DNA of 64,000 nucleotides, from positions 2,269 through 66,268 of the forward strand of contig JAIEQI010000015.1 in NCBI GenBank assembly GCA_019747875.1. The letters run 5' to 3'. How positions within the stretch are numbered: position 1 is the stretch's first letter; each line of letters begins with the position of its first letter. The notes below the pieces were generated by a model. It worked only from the letters and a program-made list of their open reading frames with translations. It did not search any database and was not told the DNA's origin. A program made the translations under genes and the position numbers. Source of the stretch: Candidatus Obscuribacterales bacterium. GTDB lineage: Bacteria; Cyanobacteriota; Vampirovibrionia; Obscuribacterales; Obscuribacteraceae. Positions 37,197 to 45,640 of the stretch are shown here, in pieces.

Positions 37197-37811
37197 ATGG
37201 ACGGCAAATCAGTCACCTTTGCTTCAGGCTTACGCGGTATCGTATCCGGTGGCGGGGAACGAGGCGCCGTGATCATTACTCACGGCGCCGGGAAAGGCAT
37301 GGATTCAGCAATTCTCAAAAAGACTGCAGACAAGTTGGCAGACTTGGGATTCATAGTATTGCGATTCAATTTCGCCTATTTGGACAGGAAGTCTGCGCCG
37401 TCGCTGGGTGGAAAGAAGGAGCAACCAGATTTAATTTCCGCGATTGAATATATGAACGACCACGGTCCGCCAATACTGATCGGAAAGTCGTTCGGTGCCA
37501 GAGTGTGTGCAAACGTCGCTTTAGAGCGAAGTGATATCAAGGCGTTAGCGTTCTATGGAATGCCACTGCAAGGAGCCTCTCCGACCGCCAAACCGAGAGA
37601 TTGGTCACATTTGGCGCGAATCAAGTATCCAATGTTGTTCGTCACGGGCGACAAGGATCAGCTTTGCCCATTGGAGAAGCTCGAGCCAATTCTGAAGACG
37701 CTTACTGCCCCGCATCAGTCAGAAGTTGTGCCAGGCGATCATTCCTTCAAGCCTCGCTCGGAAGACCTGGCGATTGCTATGTGTGTATCGTGGATTGAAG
37801 CGCTCCCATAG
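37197..37811 (+). CDS. Alpha/beta hydrolase (COG3571-like)
   Basis: ITHGAGKGMDS and nucleophile elbow GKSFG. ATG 37197 (MDGKSVTFASG). Confidence 0.78.
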   Translation: MDGKSVTFASGLRGIVSGGGERGAVIITHGAGKGMDSAILKKTADKLADLGFIVLRFNFAYLDRKSAPSLGGKKEQPDLISAIEYMNDHGPPILIGKSFGARVCANVALERSDIKALAFYGMPLQGASPTAKPRDWSHLARIKYPMLFVTGDKDQLCPLEKLEPILKTLTAPHQSEVVPGDHSFKPRSEDLAIAMCVSWIEALP

Positions 37812-38014
37812 ATAACTTTCTAGCAATTCGTCGGGGAAGCGGGAGGCCTGGACCTGCAAAAGCCTTGTGCGGATTTGAGAAACACATGGCCAATGATTGT
37901 AAAAAAGCGCTCATTTTAGCGTAGTTGTCCCCCTGGTACCGGATGAATACAGAGTCTTCGGGCTTATGATGGATATGCTCAGGTGTGGTTTGGGTGGGCT
38001 GGAGCGAATCGGTT

Positions 38015-39382
38015 ATGTTTGATTCTCAGCACGCTGAAGTCGAAAACTCTTCCGCAGACGGAAGCGCTGATTCGAGCGCGCGTGCATTTGCAGAAGAGCT
38101 CTTGCAGCCATCGATTAACGACGCAAGGTCATCTGCCTTCGTGCATGGACTCAAATCGGATGGTATATCAAACAGTCGCCCTTTTCAAACCGGTGGAATG
38201 GAATCGGTACTGGGAATATCACTTGCGAAAGTAAGCGATAAAGAAGCTGCCCTCCTCAGTGAGCCTGAGAGCGAACTGTCGCTGTCCAAAGCTTTAGCAC
38301 CTTTTGCAATAATGGCTGGTGCTGGTCTTGCGACGGGAGGAGCTTATTACCTCCTTACCGCAGCCTCGCGCAGAGCGGCTCGGATTGATGTTTTGAGAAA
38401 CGCTGCTCATCAGGCTCATTCTGAGTTTCGCGATGCGATAAATTACCTTGCTAGTGCAACTGGAAAACCAACCGAAATTGTGGCAAATTCGCAAGGGTTG
38501 CTAAACGGAAAAATGCAGCTTCACCTCGGCAGTGATATCGGATTCGGTGTGGGAAATGCAGGGAAATGGCTCGTTAAGCAGAAGGATGGTGGCATCCTTG
38601 TGAAGAGTGAGTTCGGCGACCCGTATGTCCGATTCTTCCAGGGCGGTGCTTTTGAGTCCGGAAGCAATTACAAAATGGATATGGGGAATTTCTTCATTAG
38701 TCCGCGGCGCAGTTTGCATGTCACTACAGATGGTTCTAGCATGTATTGGGAACGCGGATTGCTTGGACGCCTCCAGTTTAAGCCCAGTGAAGCTGCAAAA
38801 GCAGAGCCATGGGCGCAATCAGTGCAATCCATGATTGAAAAAGCAGATTCACAAGTAGTGAAAAACATCTTTCTCACGCAGCATCAGAGAGGGATGAATC
38901 TGAACGCTGGTTTGGCCCGCGAATTGCGAGGTTCGAACGTAAAAGAGGCGTTCTCGCATATTCCGAAAGAATCGTATCCGTTCGGTGTTGGACGCGAAGC
39001 TGTTGTATTTCGGAAGCCTGATGGTGATGTGTTACGTTTGACGCGTACGCCAGTTGAACGTCCGCAGGAACTGAAGGAGTTTCTGCTGCCAGCCAAGGAA
39101 ACTCTTCGGGGCGCTGGGTGGCAGATGGAAACATTGCCTTACGTAGATAAGTTGGTGTTGGGTAAAGCTCCTATGCGGGAATTGGAATCGGGACTGGGAA
39201 AACTTGGCTACAGGTTATCTGATGGGCACTATGGCAACTTCCGCATGATGGCTGATAAGGCAGTGGTTATAGATCCCGGGGCTATAGAGAAGGCCGGGCC
39301 AATGATCAGCTACTGGGAAGCTGCCAAACGAGTGTTTCGCCGTGATTGGCAGGTGGTGAAGAAAGACCTGTTCGGCAAATAG
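38015..39382 (+). CDS. Hypothetical protein (about 455 aa) with one central hydrophobic segment
   Basis: Long ORF (track 37985..39382); first ATG at 38015. Hydrophobic stretch FAIMAGAGLATGGAYYLL. No family recognised. Confidence 0.6.
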   Translation: MFDSQHAEVENSSADGSADSSARAFAEELLQPSINDARSSAFVHGLKSDGISNSRPFQTGGMESVLGISLAKVSDKEAALLSEPESELSLSKALAPFAIMAGAGLATGGAYYLLTAASRRAARIDVLRNAAHQAHSEFRDAINYLASATGKPTEIVANSQGLLNGKMQLHLGSDIGFGVGNAGKWLVKQKDGGILVKSEFGDPYVRFFQGGAFESGSNYKMDMGNFFISPRRSLHVTTDGSSMYWERGLLGRLQFKPSEAAKAEPWAQSVQSMIEKADSQVVKNIFLTQHQRGMNLNAGLARELRGSNVKEAFSHIPKESYPFGVGREAVVFRKPDGDVLRLTRTPVERPQELKEFLLPAKETLRGAGWQMETLPYVDKLVLGKAPMRELESGLGKLGYRLSDGHYGNFRMMADKAVVIDPGAIEKAGPMISYWEAAKRVFRRDWQVVKKDLFGK

Positions 39383-39514
39383 TGTTCGCTATGAAAGAGC
39401 TCGGACATCCGGTCCGCGCATAAAGCGCGAAGCTCGTAACAAATAGGCATTAAGAGTTTCGCAAGAAAAGAGTCTCCCTAAAGCTGTTGCGTAGATAGTA
39501 GAATTTGCATATGG

Positions 39515-39536
39515 GCGGGCAAGATGCCTGCGCTCC
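39515..39536 (-). repeat. Family A-like degenerate copy (inverted)
   Basis: GCGGGCAAGATGCCTGCGCTCC compared with the reverse complement of the family A core, GCCGGCAAGATGCCGGCGCTCC. Confidence 0.45.
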
Positions 39537-39645
39537 ATACGTTTCCGAGCCCTCAATATCGAGACGTCCCCCGCTACTCCAAATCTTCGAAGTGGGGCGG
39601 CTCTATGTGTCACCTGGAATGAGGATCAGAGCCCCGGTATTTGCC

Positions 39646-39670
39646 GGGCGAAGCATGGCGTCGCCCCTAC
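39646..39670 (+). repeat. Dispersed repeat family C, copy 1
   Basis: GGGCGAAGCATGGCGTCGCCCCTAC. Followed by ATAGGCGGGGCGA, which can pair with TCGCCCC. Confidence 0.75.
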
Positions 39671-39706
39671 ATAGGCGGGGCGATTTCAGAGCGATTTGCC
39701 TTTGCT

Positions 39707-39738
39707 TCGATCTTGGGAGCGCGGCATTTTGCCGCTTC
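39707..39738 (+). repeat. Family A-like degenerate copy
   Basis: CGATCTTGGGAGCGCGGCATTTTGCCGCTTC compared with CGATCCCGGGAGCGCCGGCATCTTGCCGGCTTC. Confidence 0.5.
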
Positions 39739-39742
39739 TTAT

Positions 39743-40492
39743 TTACTTCCAGCGAATTGATTTAATTGACTGTATCGCTGAATTTGCTTGAGCTTTGTAT
39801 TCCGGCTCCGGTGCCTTGAAGTAAATTTCTTGCACTGTCTCGCCTTTGCCATCAGGGTTTGCGATGACGGAATAGCTCTTGTGCCCATTAGCTTTCCACG
39901 TTCCTTCGATAACAAGAACGTTCTTGCCATTGATATTCTCTGTTTTGCAAGAGCTCATCTCGAATGCTCGAGCATCATTGTAATTACCGAGAACCGTCGA
40001 AATTGACTGCAATTCAAAGGGCGATATCACGTGTGGTGCCTTGTCGAGCACTGACTTGAAAGCATTGGCATTTGCAGAATAGCGGCGACCGCGATCGAAA
40101 ACAGTTATTTCAACGTCGTTCTTTCCTGGCGCCAGAAACTGCTTTGACGTGCCTTGCCCAGCAATGTTTTGTTTCTCTGCGCCTTTAGTCCACCCTGTAG
40201 GCAGCTTCATTTCGTCGATTGCGCCAATATTCAAAATGTCTGGTGTCATTTTTTCACCACCTGGTTTTGCGGAGAATACTTTGTTTTTCTCTCCGCTCTC
40301 TCTGGCTACTATATAGAGTGCTGCATCCACGGAGAGCAAACTACGCGATTCGGCGGCGGCATCCACGCGGAGCTGCTCCATGGTTTTCGGTTGTGCGTCA
40401 AACTGCATTGGTTCGCCAAATATCATTTGTTGTTCTCTCCTTTCTGAAGAGTTTACTACTCTATCGTTCATGATTTCCACCCTTTTGCTCAT
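39743..40492 (-). CDS. Hypothetical protein (249 aa)
   Basis: ORF only, no signal peptide. Flanked on both sides by copies of a 25-nt repeat. Confidence 0.55.
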   Translation of the reverse strand: MSKRVEIMNDRVVNSSERREQQMIFGEPMQFDAQPKTMEQLRVDAAAESRSLLSVDAALYIVARESGEKNKVFSAKPGGEKMTPDILNIGAIDEMKLPTGWTKGAEKQNIAGQGTSKQFLAPGKNDVEITVFDRGRRYSANANAFKSVLDKAPHVISPFELQSISTVLGNYNDARAFEMSSCKTENINGKNVLVIEGTWKANGHKSYSVIANPDGKGETVQEIYFKAPEPEYKAQANSAIQSIKSIRWK

Positions 40493-40546
40493 GATTTCAA
40501 CTACGTTGTTCTTATTTCCTGGCTCGCTTACGATCTTTGTTTAGGA

Positions 40547-40571
40547 GGGCGACGCATGGCATCGCCCCTAC
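40547..40571 (+). repeat. Dispersed repeat family C, copy 2
   Basis: GGGCGACGCATGGCATCGCCCCTAC; 2 mismatches to copy 1, same orientation. The two copies bracket ORF 39743..40492. Confidence 0.75.
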
Positions 40572-40611
40572 GTTCTGATAGTTGTTTGTATGACTCCATC
40601 ATTCATTTGGG

Positions 40612-43041
40612 TTAGGATGCTTCCACTGCGGTTTTGATAGCTTGGGCTCTGGCTGCAGGCAAGAAACCGAGCATTTGTTGGTATTTAGCTCGTGCTCTTT
40701 GTGCCTCGCCGGGATATGTTTCGCCATCTTCCTTCCAACGCTTTTCTTGCTCTCTCATAGTGTCGATCATCTTTTGATCGTACTCTGCGTCAGTAAGTTT
40801 GTTGGCATTGCGTTGCAATCGAAGTAGCTCCATTTCTTTAAAACCATCTTCGGTGCCGAAAAGGCGGTCCCAAGCTACATCGGTTTCGTAGCGATCGATT
40901 GTGCTTTGGTCGGAAGCTGGTCTGGTTGCGGTATACAGGTCGTGAATGCTTACTGGGTGATCGTCTGCTTGATCCCACTGATTGTCGATTTTTGCTTGTT
41001 TTGTGTCGGGATCGTAATCAGTAATAGTGACAACGTGTGCACCGCCTGAGCCACCATTGCTACCAGCACCGGAATCGGTGAAGAATGGCTCATTCTTTGC
41101 GTCGACCCAAATGATTGCTGGCAGTTTGCCGTCTTTCTTCATTTGTTCCAGCTTTTCGCCGAGTTCTTTTTCGCTGTTTACTTTGACCGTATTTTTGTCG
41201 CCGTATTTGCCGTTGATGATGACAAAATCTTTTTCGTTCTTGCCGGTGATGTTGTTGCTAATTTTTTCCAATTCGCTTGTCGGAATATCAGGCGGGCTTA
41301 GCGCCGTGCCTGCGGCATCTGTTGCAGGCGTGCGCGGTGTGGTTCCATAGTTCCACAAGCGTTCACCGGTATCATTTGGACCTGTTGGTACATCTTGTTC
41401 ATAGCGAACTTGCCCGGGAGGCGTTGTGCTGTTGTTTTGGCGATCATAATAATCGTTGACGGCCGCAACCTGGAAGATTTGACTGGCGTGACTGCGCTCA
41501 TTATCAGGCGAAGGATGGTGGCTGGCTTGTGCGTCTGGTTGCAGGCTGCCTGCCGGTACTTGGACTACGCGCCCATCGGACATCGTGACTTGTCCGGTGA
41601 TTGAGGCTTCAGCAACTACCCTTGCTGCTTCGGAGGGATATTTTGTATACATGCGGCTTTCAATCGTGGTGACGTTGCAGGTGTTGTGGTAGCCCTGTCT
41701 AACTTCATTTGGATGAGCTGATTGATGGAGAACCTGTTCTGCAATTTTGGCTTTATCTGTTTGCGAGACCGGGACGTCTGTTTTGGATTCAAGAATCTTT
41801 GAAACTTGATCGTAGGTCTTCGCCACTTCTTCCGGCGACATCGGCGGTTTTTGTTCGGCCGCGCGCTTTTCGAAAGCTTTCATGTCGGCTTTGGCGCGAT
41901 CTAATGCTTCGGGGTCGTTCCCTAGTCGCTCCTGCAATCTGTCATTCAATCGAGCTTTTTCTGCCTGGAGTTTTTCGTTTGCATCTTTAGGCTCGTGACC
42001 AACTTTGTCACCTTCGCCATCAGCGATTTTGTATTTGCCGTCGGATGTTTTGACAACGTCATAATTGTCTTCGGTCTTTGGTCCCCAGTTATGTTCGGTG
42101 TAGCCGCCACCTTCGGCAGGTCGGCGAACGCTACCTGTTCCGTCTGCATTTTCCTTTCGAACAACGCCATCGTCCCAGCTTGTTGTCGTATTTCCATTGT
42201 AGTCTTTGACGGCGCGACCACCGTCATCGGTGATCGATACGCTGAAGTTATCTTTATTCTTTGGACCCCAGTGAACCTCGGTTCCATCGGCTGTTTTGAC
42301 ATAACCCGTGTTGTCTTGACGGTCGACGCGCACTGTCTTGTCTTTCCACGCGGTCACCGTGTCTCCGGATTCAGTCTTTGTAACAGTGCCACCGTCAGCG
42401 GTGTGTCCCGGAATCTTCAGCACTTGTCCGTCGAGTATCAGGTTCGGATTTTTGATCTTATTTAGCTTTGCGATTTCGTCAATATGCTGCTGCACTTCTT
42501 GCGGCGTTGCGTCCGGCCCAAGGTGTTTTCGGGCAATCTTGGTGAGATTGTCGCTTGGTGTTACTACATGTGTTGTGGGCTCAACATCCTTTTTGATCTC
42601 AGCGCCTACGAATGGATTGTTTTCGCCGTATGGTTGGTCTTTTTTGTCTTTGGCGTCCTTGGAATCTTTCGAGTCTTTTGAATCTTTAGCTTCGGCCGGT
42701 TTGTTGACGTCTCTCGGGGTCTCAACCTGCGGAGCACTATTCTCTGTGCTCTTTTGCAATACAGACCGACCATCGAGCGGATTTGGAGTAATAGGCTTTT
42801 CGATGTTTCCAGTATGCTTTTTGATAGAGTGGCTTTCGCTCTTGTACAGCGATGCTGGATTTAGATCTATTGATTCTGGCTTGCAGACGGCTCCTTGAGT
42901 TGCGTCTTTCAGTATTGAAGGCAACAACTTTGTTGCTTCTTTTAATTCGTTCCAAAGATTGGAAGAGAGTTCCTGTGCATTTTTTGCGTCGGAACTCTTT
43001 GACTCTTGCTTTTCAATTGTATTGTTTTGATTTTCTATCAT
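40612..43041 (-). CDS. LysM-domain protein with an internal duplicated beta-rich module and a papain-like (clan CA-like) C-terminal motif set
   Basis: LysM at about aa 158-212 (HVVTPSDNLTKIARKHLG..LILDGQVLKIPG). Duplicated HWGPKNKDNF / HNWGPKTEDNY modules. Q449-x5-C455, H669, N687-x-W689. No signal peptide. Confidence 0.8.
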   Translation of the reverse strand: MIENQNNTIEKQESKSSDAKNAQELSSNLWNELKEATKLLPSILKDATQGAVCKPESIDLNPASLYKSESHSIKKHTGNIEKPITPNPLDGRSVLQKSTENSAPQVETPRDVNKPAEAKDSKDSKDSKDAKDKKDQPYGENNPFVGAEIKKDVEPTTHVVTPSDNLTKIARKHLGPDATPQEVQQHIDEIAKLNKIKNPNLILDGQVLKIPGHTADGGTVTKTESGDTVTAWKDKTVRVDRQDNTGYVKTADGTEVHWGPKNKDNFSVSITDDGGRAVKDYNGNTTTSWDDGVVRKENADGTGSVRRPAEGGGYTEHNWGPKTEDNYDVVKTSDGKYKIADGEGDKVGHEPKDANEKLQAEKARLNDRLQERLGNDPEALDRAKADMKAFEKRAAEQKPPMSPEEVAKTYDQVSKILESKTDVPVSQTDKAKIAEQVLHQSAHPNEVRQGYHNTCNVTTIESRMYTKYPSEAARVVAEASITGQVTMSDGRVVQVPAGSLQPDAQASHHPSPDNERSHASQIFQVAAVNDYYDRQNNSTTPPGQVRYEQDVPTGPNDTGERLWNYGTTPRTPATDAAGTALSPPDIPTSELEKISNNITGKNEKDFVIINGKYGDKNTVKVNSEKELGEKLEQMKKDGKLPAIIWVDAKNEPFFTDSGAGSNGGSGGAHVVTITDYDPDTKQAKIDNQWDQADDHPVSIHDLYTATRPASDQSTIDRYETDVAWDRLFGTEDGFKEMELLRLQRNANKLTDAEYDQKMIDTMREQEKRWKEDGETYPGEAQRARAKYQQMLGFLPAARAQAIKTAVEAS

Positions 43042-43475
43042 GTTTTATGAAACGCGCCAACCCGAGGTGCGCGCCCGCGCAGCCTCTCCGAACCCATCAC
43101 CTGGAATTCCTGTTTGATACTTTTCGAGGAACTTTGACTACTAAGTTCAGCAACTGCTGATGTACTTACGATTTACGTGGGCGGAAAGTAAATTAGGCGG
43201 AACGGAACTTTCCAAGACGCAAGAAGCAAAACTATCCAGCTTGTCCAGCGCCTGGCACGATGCATTAGCATCCAACAATATTGCTCGAAAACAAAATCCT
43301 GTGTCCAGTCATTTTTGCCTGTATAGGGCTGAGGCCAAACTTCTTTGACATTGACAACCCTCGCCTGAAAATAAAGCGATGCCTGAAACCATTGGCGCAC
43401 AATACTAAGCAGCACTGAAAAAAATGCTGTCGACTTTGTTCGATGTAAAACATCTTTGACGTTGACCTAAGTATC

Positions 43476-43496
43476 GAGCGCGGGCGTCCCGTCCGC
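43476..43496 (-). repeat. Dispersed repeat family B, copy 4 (inverted)
   Basis: The reverse complement GCGGACGGGACGCCCGCGCTC differs from copy 1 by 1 nt. A second partial core, GAGCGGACGTCTCTTCCGC, lies at 43507..43525. Confidence 0.7.
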
Positions 43497-43611
43497 CTGT
43501 AAAGGGGAGCGGACGTCTCTTCCGCGTTTCACTGAGCTTGCAAACTACCTCTAGTGAACGTCCATTTAGGAACATGCAAAACGTCGCAAAAGTGCTGGGA
43601 CGAAATTGTAA

Positions 43612-44445
43612 TTATGGCTTAGACGTCGGACTTGTGACTGAATTGGAATCTTGCAGAGCTGTGGGTGGCGTGGCTTTAGGCAGATCTAGGTTTGGCGTGG
43701 AATTCGGCATGAGTGGCGCTGGTGGCGCAGGGACTTTTGCGGTGGATGGATCGTTTATGGATTTAGTCGGACCGTCCGGCAGCGCATCTCCTTCGACAAT
43801 GTTCAGTTTCTGCCCTTTCTTTGCGCGCAAAACCCACAGTTTGAATTGCCCATCCTTTATATATCGATAAAAGTCCTTGCCAGGACAATCAGTCTGTCCT
43901 GGCGCCACATCCTGATGCGTTCTTACTTTATCTACGGCTATCTTGTGCTCTTGCAGCAGCCAGGCCGTAAGTGCCACGCACGCACTAAGCTGTTCCATGC
44001 TTGGCCTTTGCACATTGAAGTCGCCCATCATTTCTACGCCGATGTTTCCATTCAATGGATATTTTGTATTGCTTTCCGGTTCGTAAGTAACTGGACGCCC
44101 CTGAAAAATTCGCCCATCCGGAGCGATCAGGAAATGATACGGCAAGTCAGGCCAGTATGTGTCGCGTGGTGGTTTCTCTAGCTTCGGTCTATTTTGTCCC
44201 CAAATTTGCATTCGCCGAACAAACTCAGCTGGATCTTCTCCGTAATGCCACAATTCTCCTGCATGGTGAATTGTGATCCATTGCGGGATCTGCTTTTTAT
44301 CATCAGGAATTGGATGCGGATTTGATCCCCATTCTGCGGGAGTCACTATGGGTGGTGGCGAGATCTTTTTTGCGTATACAGGCAAGTAGCTGCAAGCGCC
44401 GGCAGCTATAAGCAAAGTCAAAAGGGTTCGGTAGATAGAGGACAT
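43612..44445 (-). CDS. N-acetylmuramoyl-L-alanine amidase (Amidase_2 / PGRP domain), secreted
   Basis: ITIHHAGE, PYHFLIAPDGRIFQGRP and HQDVAPGQTDCPG. Signal peptide MSSIYRTLLTLLIAAGACSYLPVYA from ATG 44445. Pro-rich C-terminal tail. Confidence 0.85.
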   Translation of the reverse strand: MSSIYRTLLTLLIAAGACSYLPVYAKKISPPPIVTPAEWGSNPHPIPDDKKQIPQWITIHHAGELWHYGEDPAEFVRRMQIWGQNRPKLEKPPRDTYWPDLPYHFLIAPDGRIFQGRPVTYEPESNTKYPLNGNIGVEMMGDFNVQRPSMEQLSACVALTAWLLQEHKIAVDKVRTHQDVAPGQTDCPGKDFYRYIKDGQFKLWVLRAKKGQKLNIVEGDALPDGPTKSINDPSTAKVPAPPAPLMPNSTPNLDLPKATPPTALQDSNSVTSPTSKP

Positions 44446-44536
44446 AACTCTTTTACTCTGACTCTGATACCCCTCAAGCAAGCCTAGCTCAGTAACTGCG
44501 AACGGAAGCATGCTGCTGCTTATTGTAACTTGAGAA

Positions 44537-45292
44537 TCAGTAGAGGTATTTGCCACCAACGCGGTCTTTGAACTCCTGGATCTTCCGTTCGTTTTGAGCC
44601 ACATCGTTGCCATCATCAAAACGATTCAATAATCCGATGAAGACTTGACGTTGTCCAATACTATCGCCTAATCCGGCGCGATAATCAAACCATGATTTCA
44701 TCAAGCCGTTAGTACCGTTTGCGGCAAATTGTTTGTCAATTGCTTGATATGCAGCTTTGACATCGTCGAATTGGTCTAGTTTGTCCAGGTTTCCTTTGGT
44801 CAAATCTCTCATCAAATCTTCACGGACTCCGGGCGTTACCTGTTGCAGGGCCGAGGACAGTAGCTGCAATTTGTCGATAACATCTGTTTTTGGCTTCCCG
44901 TTGCTATCCTTGAATGACTGGTTGATATTGTCGTAAAAAACAGATTGTGATTTTTCGCTATACTCGTCCGCATCTTTTATCGAGTCACTCATTTTGCCCT
45001 TCACCTTGGCGAACGCATCTCGCTCAGAGTGTGTTGCTTGGAGTCCACGGAACTCAGCGAAAGCGTCATTAAACGATTGTCTTGCCGGAGACGGCTTACC
45101 ATATTCACGGTCCATCCCAGCCTGAAGGTTGCTTTGATCGTAGACAGCTTCGGCAACCGCTAGTTTGAAAATTAGATTTTGCTCATCGGCGCGCTCTTGC
45201 CGTTTCGCGCTGAGTCCATATGCTTCCAGGAAAATATTGCTCGTTTTTCCCTGTGAGCCTTGGTTTTGAGACTCGTTGAATTGTTCCAGCAT
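44537..45292 (-). CDS. Hypothetical protein (251 aa)
   Basis: ORF only; ATG 45292 (the track starts one codon earlier at GTG 45295). No signal peptide. Confidence 0.55.
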   Translation of the reverse strand: MLEQFNESQNQGSQGKTSNIFLEAYGLSAKRQERADEQNLIFKLAVAEAVYDQSNLQAGMDREYGKPSPARQSFNDAFAEFRGLQATHSERDAFAKVKGKMSDSIKDADEYSEKSQSVFYDNINQSFKDSNGKPKTDVIDKLQLLSSALQQVTPGVREDLMRDLTKGNLDKLDQFDDVKAAYQAIDKQFAANGTNGLMKSWFDYRAGLGDSIGQRQVFIGLLNRFDDGNDVAQNERKIQEFKDRVGGKYLY

Positions 45293-45640
45293 CACATCTC
45301 ACCCCCAGATGTTTCGGGCCAAATTTACCTCTAGCTCCGCGTTCTGTCATTGGGGATACTACGCACCGGAGGCGTGCCGCTGGGCTGGGGGCGTCTGATA
45401 GCCGTGGACCCAGGCGGGGGGCGCCTGCATCGGTCTGGTCTGGCTCTTAGCGCCGGTTCTATCAGAGCGCCATGCCTCGCTCCCGTCGAGGTTCTACTTC
45501 AGCTCAACCGTGTACTGAACTTGGAAGTTCGAGAATCCGGGTAAGACTTATGAGATTTTGGACCTTAACTGCGCAGATAAAGGCGGGATAGAAGGATCAA
45601 AGCGTGCCTCGCTTCAATGAGAATGTGTGTCGGTAGGTGA

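Noticed and set aside
45396-45540. tmRNA or SRP RNA (GGGGGCGTCTGATAG start, GTTCGAGAATCC T-loop-like segment)
   Set aside because: It lacks the conserved GGAUUCGAC-type 5' element and a tRNA-like 3' end with an acceptor/CCA context. The T-loop-like hairpin has a 10-nt loop. No SRP domain IV motif is seen on either strand.
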